DNA from: Nitratidesulfovibrio vulgaris str. Hildenborough
GTDB lineage: Bacteria > Desulfobacterota > Desulfovibrionia > Desulfovibrionales > Desulfovibrionaceae
Reading direction: 5' to 3'
Length of the DNA stretch: 32,000 nucleotides
Assembly: GCF_000195755.1 (NCBI RefSeq)
Contig: NC_002937.3
Span: forward strand, 2,520,001-2,552,000
Both the position numbers and the translations under genes were made by a program. Positions 7,924 through 16,700 of the stretch are shown in pieces. The notes under the pieces were generated by a model that searched no databases, was not told the origin of the DNA, and was given only the letters and a program-made list of their open reading frames with translations. Numbering within the stretch: position 1 is the stretch's first letter; each line of letters opens with the position of its first letter.

Positions 7924-8121
7924 TCATGAACCTTCCCGATGCCTGTCGGCCAGAAGGACACCGCCCACGGCATAGTCCTCTGCGGGACGGCATTCGAGCA
8001 CCACGACGATGGTCTCCGGAGGCAATCCCATGATGCGCGCCGCACTCTGCGTGAGCTCATGCACGAGTTCGCGTCGGGTCTCCAGTGAAAGCTGGTTCGC
8101 CTGAACGGTGATGATGGGCAT
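7924..8121 (-). CDS. 4-oxalocrotonate tautomerase family protein
   Basis: 65 aa starting MPIITVQ (catalytic Pro1 after Met removal), then RRELVHELTQSAARIMGLPPETIVVVLEC, typical of the 4-OT family. It starts 3 nt after the nitroreductase stop. Confidence 0.85.
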   Translation of the reverse strand: MPIITVQANQLSLETRRELVHELTQSAARIMGLPPETIVVVLECRPAEDYAVGGVLLADRHREGS

Positions 8122-8123
8122 GG

Positions 8124-8633
8124 CTACCAGCCGTTATGATGTATCTTGGACTCGTCGTAGCGGTCTTGCGGCTTGAGTTCCTGCGCAGGATGCCCGATGA
8201 CGATGAAACCGAGCGGCATCACCTGTTCAGGCAACGAAAACTCGCGCCTGAACGCCGCGACCCTGTCCTCCATCGGGTAGATACCCGTCCAGACAGCCCC
8301 AAGGCCAAGCCCCTGTACGGCAAGAAGCAGATTCTGGATGGCGGCTGAACAATCCTGCACCCAGTAGCCGGGGTACTTCTCGGCACTGAGGTCGGCGCAG
8401 ACGAGGATGCCAAGCGGTGCCTGCGCCGCCATGCCGGCGTACTGGCTGTACGAGGGCACCTTGTCGAGCATGGCGCGGTCGTCCACGACGACGAAGCGCC
8501 AGGGTTGCGCGTTGCCCGCACTGGGTGCGGCCATGGCTGCGGCCAGAAGCCGTTTCACGGTGTCTGCGTCCACCGGGGCTTCGGTGAACTTGCGAATGCT
8601 GCGGCGGGAATGGATGGCTGTAAAGATGTCCAT
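8124..8633 (-). CDS. Nitroreductase family protein
   Basis: HSRRSIRKFTEAPVDADTVKRLLAAAMAAPSAGNAQPWRFVVV is the classic nitroreductase N-terminal signature. GGAGG lies upstream of the ATG at 8631-8633. Confidence 0.9.
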   Translation of the reverse strand: MDIFTAIHSRRSIRKFTEAPVDADTVKRLLAAAMAAPSAGNAQPWRFVVVDDRAMLDKVPSYSQYAGMAAQAPLGILVCADLSAEKYPGYWVQDCSAAIQNLLLAVQGLGLGAVWTGIYPMEDRVAAFRREFSLPEQVMPLGFIVIGHPAQELKPQDRYDESKIHHNGW

Positions 8634-8734
8634 GACGACCTCCGGTCTTGGCGTTGACTTCGTTCCCAGTCTACCCCACTATATCCATACATCAAGTACA
8701 CACCATAAAGTAGCATTGTACCCTAGAGGATACC

Positions 8735-9214
8735 ATGAAAAAGACCACCGCCCGCGATGCCGACCACCGCCCCTGCCTTCTGAAGCACTGTGCGGGCAAG
8801 GACTACTACTGCTCGCTGGAACTCACGTTGCAGGTCATCGGAGGCAAATGGAAGCCCATCATCCTCTGGCGCATCGGACAGGACGGTGTGCTGCGCTTCA
8901 GCGAACTGAGGCGCATCCTCCCCAACATCACCCAGAAGATGCTCACGCAGCAACTGCGTGAACTGGAAGCCGACGGCATGGTGCACCGCGAGGTGTATCC
9001 GCAGGTCCCCCCCCGCGTGGAATACTCGCTGACGGAACTGGGCCGGACGCTCATGCCCGTGCTTGAGCACCTCATCCTCTGGGGACGCGCCTTCGAGGAG
9101 ATGCACGGCGTCACACCCGCACCCTACAAGGAGGACGGGACGGACACAGAGAAGGCAACCGCAGCCGCCCCGGCAATCGACGGGGACGAAGCCGACGACG
9201 AGGCCGCGGCCTAG
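8735..9214 (+). CDS. HxlR family (winged-helix) transcriptional regulator
   Basis: CSLELTLQVIGGKWKPIILWRI...LRFSELRRILPNITQKMLTQQLRELEADGMVHREVYPQVPPRVEYSLTELG is the canonical HxlR domain. The acidic Ala/Asp-rich C-terminal tail is atypical. Confidence 0.9.
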   Translation: MKKTTARDADHRPCLLKHCAGKDYYCSLELTLQVIGGKWKPIILWRIGQDGVLRFSELRRILPNITQKMLTQQLRELEADGMVHREVYPQVPPRVEYSLTELGRTLMPVLEHLILWGRAFEEMHGVTPAPYKEDGTDTEKATAAAPAIDGDEADDEAAA

Positions 9215-9241
9215 CCCTGCCCCAGGTCGGGACAACGCCCT

Positions 9242-9495
9242 CATCTGCACCCCGGCGAAGCATCTTGCCCGACGACGAAGCATCTGGCCCGACGACGCGC
9301 GGCATCCATCTCGCCGGGAGTCACGAAGCGTGTCCCCTTCGGCAAGGGGGGCCGGGGTGTCGGCGACCCCATCGTCACAGGCCCGACGCAGCATCTAGCC
9401 CGACACAGCGTCTGCACCGACGACGAAGCATCTGGCCCGACGCACCGGCGCAGAACATCTGGCGGGCGCGGCGAGGCATCTTGCCCCGCGCAGCG
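9242..9495. repeat. Array of about 9 imperfect direct repeats, core (G/A)CATCTnGCCC(GAC), in two clusters with roughly 20-bp spacing
   Basis: Copies read at about 9242, 9261, 9281, 9307, 9392, 9409 (cgtctgcacc variant), 9429, 9456 and 9477. For example, gaagcatcttgcccgacgac and gaagcatctggcccgacgac are adjacent, and gaagcatctggcccgacgcac recurs at 9425. The CCCCTT-cggc-AAGGGG hairpin (9334-9349) separates the two clusters. Confidence 0.8.
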
Positions 9496-9639
9496 TGGCG
9501 AAGCCGCGGCACGGTGCGGGATAACACCACCGAAACTTCACCCGCCCCTCGCGGCGCTCTTTCGCCCTGTCCAGTCTGCCAACGGACTGCTGGCACCAGC
9601 GCCCTGCGCCCCGTCATCACACGAGGCACGGAAGCAGCG

Positions 9640-10554
9640 CTACAGGTGGTGCCGCATCAACAGCAGTGCCGTGCCTGCGAAGGCCACAGCGGCCCCCACC
9701 ACGGCACGCACCGTCGGTCGCCTGCCCGTCATGAACCATACCACGGGCATGATGGCGATGGGCTCAAGTCCGATGAGCGTGGCTGCCACGCCCGTGTCGG
9801 TGTTGGCCACCGCCACAAGTGAAAGCCACATGCCGATGCCGGGGCCAAGTACGGCCCCCAGCGCCATGCGCGGCAACACTCCCCGCCCGCTTCGCAAAGA
9901 CTGCATCGCAGCCCGCGAACCGCCCATGAGGGCCACGACGGGCCAGAAGACCACCGCCGCCGCCACGTTACGGAGAAACGCACAGAACAGCGGGTCTGCC
10001 CCGGTGCTGAATCCCTTCTTGGAAAAGAACATGGCAAGGGCGAGGGCCAACGCCGACCCCAAGGCAAGGGCGATGCCCTTGCGGCGCTGACCCGGGGTCG
10101 TGGCCAGCCCATCAGACCGGCCGCCGCCGTCCGTGACGACGATGATGACGCCGACCGTGGCCACAGCTATCCCAAGCACTCCGGCCCAGCCGAGACTCTC
10201 GCCGAGGAACATCACGCCCAGAAAGGCCGTCATACTGGCTGCAAGCGACTGGCACACGCAGGCCACCCGCGGGCCAAGCAGCACGGTCGAACCGTAGAAC
10301 AGCCAGTCGCACAGGGCCACGCCGGTCAGCCCGGACAGCGAGAAGTACCACCACACCGAAGCGGGGTGGTCGAACGACACCCCTGAGAAGACACACGCAG
10401 CCCCAAGCAGTGCCACCGCCAGCGGCAGACGCAGGAGTGTCAGGTTGGTCGCTCCCATCTCGCGGGAAAGCTGCGAATGTATCTGGCAGGAAACGGCCCA
10501 GATGCAGGCCGTGCCGAGGGCGGCAAGTTCGCCCGTTCCGAATGCCATGGTCAA
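9640..10554 (-). CDS. DMT superfamily (EamA-like) transporter
   Basis: About 10 hydrophobic segments and Gly/Ala-rich EamA-type repeats (LAALGTACIWAVS..., GVAATLIGLEPIAIMPVVW). TTG at 10554 has GGAG 7 nt upstream; the alternative is ATG at 10548. Confidence 0.85.
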   Translation of the reverse strand: MTMAFGTGELAALGTACIWAVSCQIHSQLSREMGATNLTLLRLPLAVALLGAACVFSGVSFDHPASVWWYFSLSGLTGVALCDWLFYGSTVLLGPRVACVCQSLAASMTAFLGVMFLGESLGWAGVLGIAVATVGVIIVVTDGGGRSDGLATTPGQRRKGIALALGSALALALAMFFSKKGFSTGADPLFCAFLRNVAAAVVFWPVVALMGGSRAAMQSLRSGRGVLPRMALGAVLGPGIGMWLSLVAVANTDTGVAATLIGLEPIAIMPVVWFMTGRRPTVRAVVGAAVAFAGTALLLMRHHL

Positions 10555-10646
10555 GACGATACTCCGTGAAGACGCCGGGACGATACGGTATGCACCGTAC
10601 CGTCACCGGGAGGCGGGTGTGCAGGAACAGGGTACGCAGTCCGGAA

Positions 10647-11549
10647 TCAGGGCTTTCTGTGCAGGGCGCGCCATCCTTCGATGGTGTACAGGGCCAGCGC
10701 CCCCCATATGCAGCCGAACGTCACCAGATGCGACGGCGTGAGCGGTTCATGGAAGACGAAGACCCCGAGCATGAACGCAAGTGTGGGGGCAAGGTATTGC
10801 AGCACCCCCACCGTGGTGAGACGAAGGCTTCGCGCCGCAAAGGCGAACCAGATGAGCGGCGTGGAGGTCGCCACGCCCGCCCCCATGAGCAGCAGGTCGG
10901 TCGTCGGGGCGAGATGCATGAACGCACCGCCGCCGCCAAGGTGCAGGCGCACCAGCCACACCGCGACGAAAGGTGCAAGGATGCTCGTCTCGATGAAGAG
11001 TCCGGGTACGGAGGCGACCTTCACCGTCTTGCGCATGAAGCCATACAGAGAGAACGACCCCGCCAGCGTCAGCGCAACCCACGGGAAGCGCCCGTACCCG
11101 GCAAGCATCCACAGCACCCCGAAGGCGGCAAGGGCGATGGCTGCCACCTGCAGGCGCGAGGGACGTTCACGCAGGAACACGCAACCCAGCGCCACGTTCA
11201 TCAACGGGTTGATGTAGTAGCCAAGGCTCGTCTCCAGCACATGGCCCGTGTTCACCGCCCAGATGTAGAGATACCAGTTGAAACCGACCAGCAGACCGCT
11301 GCATGCCACACGCAGCAACGTCCCCCGGTCGCGCACAGCGGCACGCACCTCTGCCCATCGACCGGAGAACACCACCACGGGCAAGAGAAAGACGAAAGAC
11401 CACAAGATGCGGTGACAGAGAATCTCGAACGGGGGAACGTCGAGCAGCTGTTTCCAGTACAGGGGCAGCAGGCCCCACAGGGCGAATGCCCCCAATCCCG
11501 CCACAAGGCCCTTGCGCGAGGTATCGGAGGTCACGGGTGCGCTGGGCAT
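10647..11549 (-). CDS. rarD: RarD protein (DMT superfamily permease)
   Basis: KGLVAGLGAFALWGLLPLYWKQLLDVPPFEILCHRILWSF matches the conserved RarD N-terminus. ATG at 11547-11549 with GGAG upstream; the ORF extends to 11606 without better support. Confidence 0.85.
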   Translation of the reverse strand: MPSAPVTSDTSRKGLVAGLGAFALWGLLPLYWKQLLDVPPFEILCHRILWSFVFLLPVVVFSGRWAEVRAAVRDRGTLLRVACSGLLVGFNWYLYIWAVNTGHVLETSLGYYINPLMNVALGCVFLRERPSRLQVAAIALAAFGVLWMLAGYGRFPWVALTLAGSFSLYGFMRKTVKVASVPGLFIETSILAPFVAVWLVRLHLGGGGAFMHLAPTTDLLLMGAGVATSTPLIWFAFAARSLRLTTVGVLQYLAPTLAFMLGVFVFHEPLTPSHLVTFGCIWGALALYTIEGWRALHRKP

Positions 11550-11789
11550 GGAAGGCTCCGGACGGATGTCGAAAAGAAACGGGGCCGCCGAAGCGGCCCC
11601 CTGCAAAGAACTTTTGTACCGCTAATGCCACGTTCTACAAACACGATGAACGCCCGTCAGGTACGGTAGTCGTCCGGCGCATGCTTGCCGCCACCGGGGA
11701 CATGCGTACGGCGCACATCGCAGACTCCTTGGCGCTAGCGCCTCCCCGGAATGCATCGGTGGCTGCCGACACATGGCGAGGACGCCATG

Positions 11790-12344
11790 CTAGACGTTGA
11801 AGGAGCGGGCGAAGAGGGCTTCGATGGCCGCACGCCCGTTGTCTTCAAGGAAGCGGGTGCCGGTGGCCGTGAAATGCCGGTGGCCGATGCGTGGCTCACT
11901 GACCGGCGACCATGCGGACTTGTCCCACATGTACCAGCCGTTGCGGGTCTGGTCGAAGACGTAAAGGGGCTTGTTGCATATCTTGGCGAACTCGGCACCC
12001 CAGCCTGTACCGCCGGTCACGGTGTCGTCCTCCTGAATGGAGCCCACCACCCAGACCTCATGCCCGCAGCTCACCTGCCAGCAGATGGACTGCAACACCT
12101 TGCGAAAAAGAGGGGCGCGCGTGTACTGGCGGTTCATCAGCCGCGACACGTAGGTGAGGCTCACGTCCTTGAGGGCGAGTTCTTCAGAGGTCAGCACCCT
12201 CACGCCACGTGTGCGTTCTATCTGGTGCCCCTCGAAGCTGTAGTTCACCTCTTCAAGACCATACTTCTCGGCAATGCCACCGAAATGGGCCTCGGTGCCC
12301 GTGGCACCGCCGCTGTACAGAATGCAGTCTCTCGGGTCGAGCAT
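11790..12344 (-). CDS. Hypothetical protein, SLOG/LOG-like Rossmann-fold candidate
   Basis: ATG at 12342-12344 preceded by GGAGGA. A 10-bp-stem hairpin at 12404-12428 lies inside the longer ORF extension, which argues against the 12440 start. ILYSGGATGTEAHFGGIAEKYG and VTGGTGWGAEFAKICNKPLYVFD resemble the two Gly-rich loops of SMF/DprA-LOG superfamily proteins (assignment tentative). Confidence 0.6.
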   Translation of the reverse strand: MLDPRDCILYSGGATGTEAHFGGIAEKYGLEEVNYSFEGHQIERTRGVRVLTSEELALKDVSLTYVSRLMNRQYTRAPLFRKVLQSICWQVSCGHEVWVVGSIQEDDTVTGGTGWGAEFAKICNKPLYVFDQTRNGWYMWDKSAWSPVSEPRIGHRHFTATGTRFLEDNGRAAIEALFARSFNV

Positions 12345-12400
12345 GTGGTATCCTCCATCGCTAGGGAAGTGAGGCCCGTCGGCCGTGGTACCGTGGCATG

Positions 12401-12428
12401 AGAAACCCGCCCCGGAAGGGGGCGGGTT
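12401..12428 (-). terminator. Hairpin terminator candidate after the glycine-zipper lipoprotein gene
   Basis: AACCCGCCCC-ggaag-GGGGCGGGTT is a perfect 10-bp stem 39 nt downstream of the stop at 12467. The U-tail on the minus strand is short (TTTCTCAT). Confidence 0.5.
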
Positions 12429-12466
12429 CATTATACGCATTCGGCGTCAGGTGTACAGGGTGCAGA

Positions 12467-12931
12467 CTAGTGACGCACCCGGGCCGAACCGTCGCTGCCT
12501 TGCAGCACGCGCACACGGTCGCCCACGGTGAACACTTCGTCAGGTTCCTGCACGATGGACATGACCTGTCCGTTTTCGAGACGGACCGTGATTTCGAGCG
12601 CCCGCTTGTTGTTGAGGGCCTTCTCACCCGCATAGCCCGCGGCGGCACCGCCGACGGCGCCACCAAGGGTGGCGAGGGTGCGGCCCTTGCCGCCGCCCAC
12701 CATGTTGCCGAGGACCCCGCCCACGACGGCACCGCCGAGCATGCCTAGACCGGACTGCTGGTCTTCGATGGTGGCATCGTTGATCTGTTCGATGGTACCC
12801 CACTGCACCGTGTGGGCCGTACGGGCCTGACCGCCCTTATAGGTGCTGCCGCCATAACTGGGGCCGCACGCGGCGAGGAGCAACGTGGCGATGAGAAGCC
12901 AGGCGCAGGTCTTCAAATTGCGCATTTTCAT
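12467..12931 (-). CDS. Glycine-zipper 2TM outer-membrane lipoprotein (SlyB/Pcp-like)
   Basis: Signal peptide with lipobox LLLAAC. GLGMLGGAVVGGVLGNMVGGGKGRTLATLGGAVGGAAAGYAG is a glycine zipper. AAAGGAG spacing favours the third in-frame ATG (12925) as the true start. Confidence 0.85.
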   Translation of the reverse strand: MKMRNLKTCAWLLIATLLLAACGPSYGGSTYKGGQARTAHTVQWGTIEQINDATIEDQQSGLGMLGGAVVGGVLGNMVGGGKGRTLATLGGAVGGAAAGYAGEKALNNKRALEITVRLENGQVMSIVQEPDEVFTVGDRVRVLQGSDGSARVRH

Positions 12932-13208
12932 CTCCTTTCATGGTTCTGTGTCGGCACGCCGACCAGTTTTACCCCTCTCTTGTATCCCCAAGCGGGAACC
13001 GAAGCAAGGGAGTCGCGCTGAAAGCCCCGGCAACACCACGGCGCGGGTAGCGCGATGCGTCGTGATTGCACCATGCCAGTCCGCCCCCACGCTCCGATAC
13101 GACATGAAATCATAAGCAGCATCCGCTCACGTGATATGGCATGATTAGGGCGTGAGTGAGAAGGCTTCCGGCAACCGCGACATAGCCAAGACTATAATGG
13201 AGGACATG

Positions 13209-13234
13209 AAAAACGCCCCGGAACGACCGGGGCG
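13209..13234 (-). terminator. Rho-independent terminator of the RRM protein gene
   Basis: On the minus strand, CGCCCCGG-tcgtt-CCGGGGCG is followed by TTTTT, 25 nt after the stop at 13259. Confidence 0.75.
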
Positions 13235-13258
13235 CGAGATACGGCACGGACGCGTCGC

Positions 13259-13525
13259 CTAGTAGCGGGGCGGGCGGGGCGCGCGGGGACGGGCTTCGTT
13301 CACGCGCAGGGTGCGACCACCGAACGAAGCGTTATCAAGAGCTTCGATGGCGGCGACAGCCTCGGCATCGTCCATCTCGACGAAGCCGAAGCCACGGGCA
13401 CGACCCGTATCACGGTCGCTGACCAGCTTTACGGAAAGAACGGGACCGAACGGAGAGAAGAGGTCCTGCACCTGCTCTTCAGTGGCGGACCAGGGAAGGT
13501 TCCCGACGTAGATGGACTTGGCCAT
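13259..13525 (-). CDS. RRM-type RNA-binding protein
   Basis: 88 aa with RNP2 IYVGNL and RNP1 RGFGFVEM. ATG at 13523-13525 with AAGAGG upstream. The longer ORF to 13732 is an A/T-rich leader. Confidence 0.9.
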   Translation of the reverse strand: MAKSIYVGNLPWSATEEQVQDLFSPFGPVLSVKLVSDRDTGRARGFGFVEMDDAEAVAAIEALDNASFGGRTLRVNEARPRAPRPPRY

Positions 13526-13786
13526 GAGAAAAACCTCTTGAAAAAAATAACGAAATGTTCGCGCCTCAAAGCAGGCAGAACCAATCTGCCCGTCGCGCGG
13601 GCCTTCAATGCCCATGCCCCAAGCCGCGCGTAGCGTCAACAGAAAAAGCGATGTAGTTTTAATGATGTCGGAATCATGCAGCGAATGCGGGCGCCCTGCC
13701 GTGTATCCCTTACTGTGCCTCTTCGTGCACATGACTCTTTCTTTCGGTCAACGATTGAGGTAGAGACTCCAAGCAGGTAGACCAGA

Positions 13787-16700
13787 ATGTCACGTTACAT
13801 CCGCGCCTTGCTGTGCTGTGTGGTCATTGCGCTCATCGTAGCGGGCGCATCACCTATCCGGGCTTCCGATGTAGGGTCTTTGCCACTGCGCCTCGCCCTG
13901 CGGCCCGACATGCCTCCATACCAGTTCTTCGATATGGAAGGACGCCCACAGGGGCTGGTCGTCACCGTATGGGAAAGCTGGACGCGTGCCACGGGCACTC
14001 CCGTGATTTTTGTGCCTGTCACGGAGAACGAGATTCCCGACGCCTTCGCCCGGTCGCGCATCGACGCCGTCGCCGCCCTGCCCGCCCAGTTGCTGCCTCG
14101 TTTCGGTCTCGCCGAAGCGGCAGAGGTGGGCCATCTTTCCGTAGGCATCTTCTCGCATACCGGGAACTCTTCGCCTGACCCTGCCGACCAGGGGCAGGGG
14201 AGTGTCACATCACCCGCCATCCCGGCCGGGATGGGACTCGCCACCATCCTGCAGGATACGCTGCCGGGAGTGAATCCCGTCGTCTTTCCCGACACCACCA
14301 GTCTGCTTGCCGCCGCCCATGCCGGAAACGTACGGCAGATTGCCCTTTACATGGCCCATGGTGACTACCTGCGCAAACACGGACGCCTCGAAGGTTTCGA
14401 TGCGGGCATCGCCGTAGCCTCAAGTCGGCTAGTGGCGGCCCTCCCCGCTGCCGACATCGCACGCAAGCAACGCATTCGACTCGGTTTCTCCCGTCTGGCG
14501 GATACCGACCACCGCGACCTTGAGGCCATGTGGCACGGTGCGCAGACGGCCTTTCCGTTCATGCGGCCCCTCGTGCTTCTTGGCGTACTGACATTCCTGC
14601 TTCTGGTCGTCGTACTCGGCCGCAACCTCGCGCTGCGCAGACGCATGGAGAAGGAACGTGCCGAACGCCGCCGCACCGAGAACATGCTCGACGGCTTTCT
14701 TGAACGCCTGCCAGACAACCACTTCACCCTCGATGTGGATGGAACCGGCGCTGTCGTCATGGCAAGCAACGGCACGGAGGACGTTCTTGGCGTCTCGCCG
14801 GATGAGGCACCATCCAGACTCCGGCACCTGCTTCCCCCGACGAAGGACGGCGCGTGGTCGCAGGCGTCGTTCTCGATTGAAGCGGCACACGCTGACGGTT
14901 CACTGCGCACGCTGGACTGCCTTGCCACCACGCCCGACGAAAGGGGACACCGCCGTGTCCTCGTGTTCGACACCACCCGCCGCAACCTCGAAAGACAACG
15001 TGTCGAGGCCATACATCACCGCTACATGTCCATCCTCGACAATGCGCCGGTGGGCATCTTCCGCATCATGCCCGACGGTTCCATGGTGGGTGCCAATCGC
15101 GAGATGGCAAGGCTATGGGGGTTCTCGTCGCCCGAAGAACTGCTCGCGTCGGAGGAGGCACGCCGCCTCATCCTCTGCGACGACCCCAAGGCCTGTCCCC
15201 TGAGTTTTGCCCGCATCGCCGCATCCGGCGGGCTGGTGAACGAGGAGGTGCTGTGCCGCACCCGCGACGGACGCAGCTTCACCGGGCTCGTCTCGGCACG
15301 GGCAGTACCGCAGGACGACGATGTACAGTCATACGTCGACGGCTTCCTGCTCGACATCTCGCAACTCAAAGAGGCACGGGACAAGCTACGCCAGACAAGC
15401 CGCAACCTGGCCGACATCATCGACTTCTACCCCGATGCCACGCTCGTGGTCGATGCCGCAGGAAGGCTGGTGGCATGGAACAGGGCCATGGAAGAACTCA
15501 CGGGCATCGCCGCGGCCGACATGATAGGCAAGGGCGACTACGAATATGCCCTGCCGTTCTACGGTGAGCGCATCCCCATTCTGTGCGACCTGCTGCGCGA
15601 CCCGGCCATCATCCCGGCCGCGCGGTACAGTCTTCTTGAGCAGACTGAACACCGCATCGTGGTGGAACTGCCTCTCCCGTTCTTCCGCAAGGGGCGCGGG
15701 CTGTTCGTGTGGACGGCGGCATCGGCCCTCACGGACGAACACGGCAAGGTCACCGCAGTCATACAGGTCATCCGTGACGTGACCGAACGCAGGATTGAAC
15801 TGGAAGCGCTCGCCAAAAGCCGCGAGCGCTACCAGATGGCCATCGAAGCCACCAACGAGGGAATCTGGGAATGGGACGTCACCACCGGCGAACTCTACCA
15901 TTCACCCCGTTGTGTCGAGATACTGGGCCGTGGGGGCGCAAGCGCACCTGACACCCTTCTCCGCGACCTCTCCCTGCAGGTTCATCCGGATGACAGGCTG
16001 AGGATGGTGACGCTGACGCAATCGCTCATGACGGAACCCGTCGAACGCTTCTCGCTGGAATGCCGGATGCGCCATCCCGTACAGGGTTGGCGGTGGGTAC
16101 TCTGCCACGGCGTCGTCCAGCGCAACGGTTCAGGCGGGCCAAGACGCATCACCGGGTCCATCGCGGACATCACCGAGCGCAAACAGAGTGAGATCATCAG
16201 TGCCATCCTGCTCCAGATATCCAACGCGGTGAATGTCACCCACGACATCGAGGGGCTGTTCAGCACCATCCATGACATCCTGCGCAGCTATGTCGCCGCC
16301 GAGAACTTCTTCATCGCCCTCGTCGACGAGAAGCAGGACCGGCTCGAATTCCCCTACCATACCGACGAGAAGGACCCTTCCCTGCCGCGGCTGGAGAGCA
16401 TCTCGAGCCTTGCCTCGCCGCCCCCGACCCTTGAGGTCATCCGCACCGGGCGCCAACTGCTGCTCTCGTACGAAGACCTGCTAGGCCGCGCCTACATCGG
16501 CACCATCGCCTCGGTCTGGCTGGGGACCCCCCTCAGGGTGCGCGGCAAGGTCATCGGTGCCATGGTGCTGCAGCACTACTCCGACCCCGATGCCTTCTCC
16601 GACAGCGACGCACGCCTCATGACTTCGCTCGCCGACCAGATTGCCGTGGCCATCGAGCGCAAGCAGAACGAAGAGCAACTCACCTACCTCGCCCTGCACG

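Noticed and set aside
9585-9605. TGGCAC-containing sequence (ctgcTGGCACcagcgccctgc) as a possible sigma54 promoter. Other TGGCA(C/T) hits lie at 12395 and 13600.
   Set aside because: The GC dinucleotide is not at the canonical GG-N10-GC spacing, and the sites are not positioned upstream of a gene on the correct strand.
13207-13263. Tiny plus-strand ORF MKNAPERPGREIRHGRVA with GGAGGA immediately upstream.
   Set aside because: The SD abuts the ATG with only 1 nt of spacing. The ORF is simply the complement of the RRM gene terminator hairpin.
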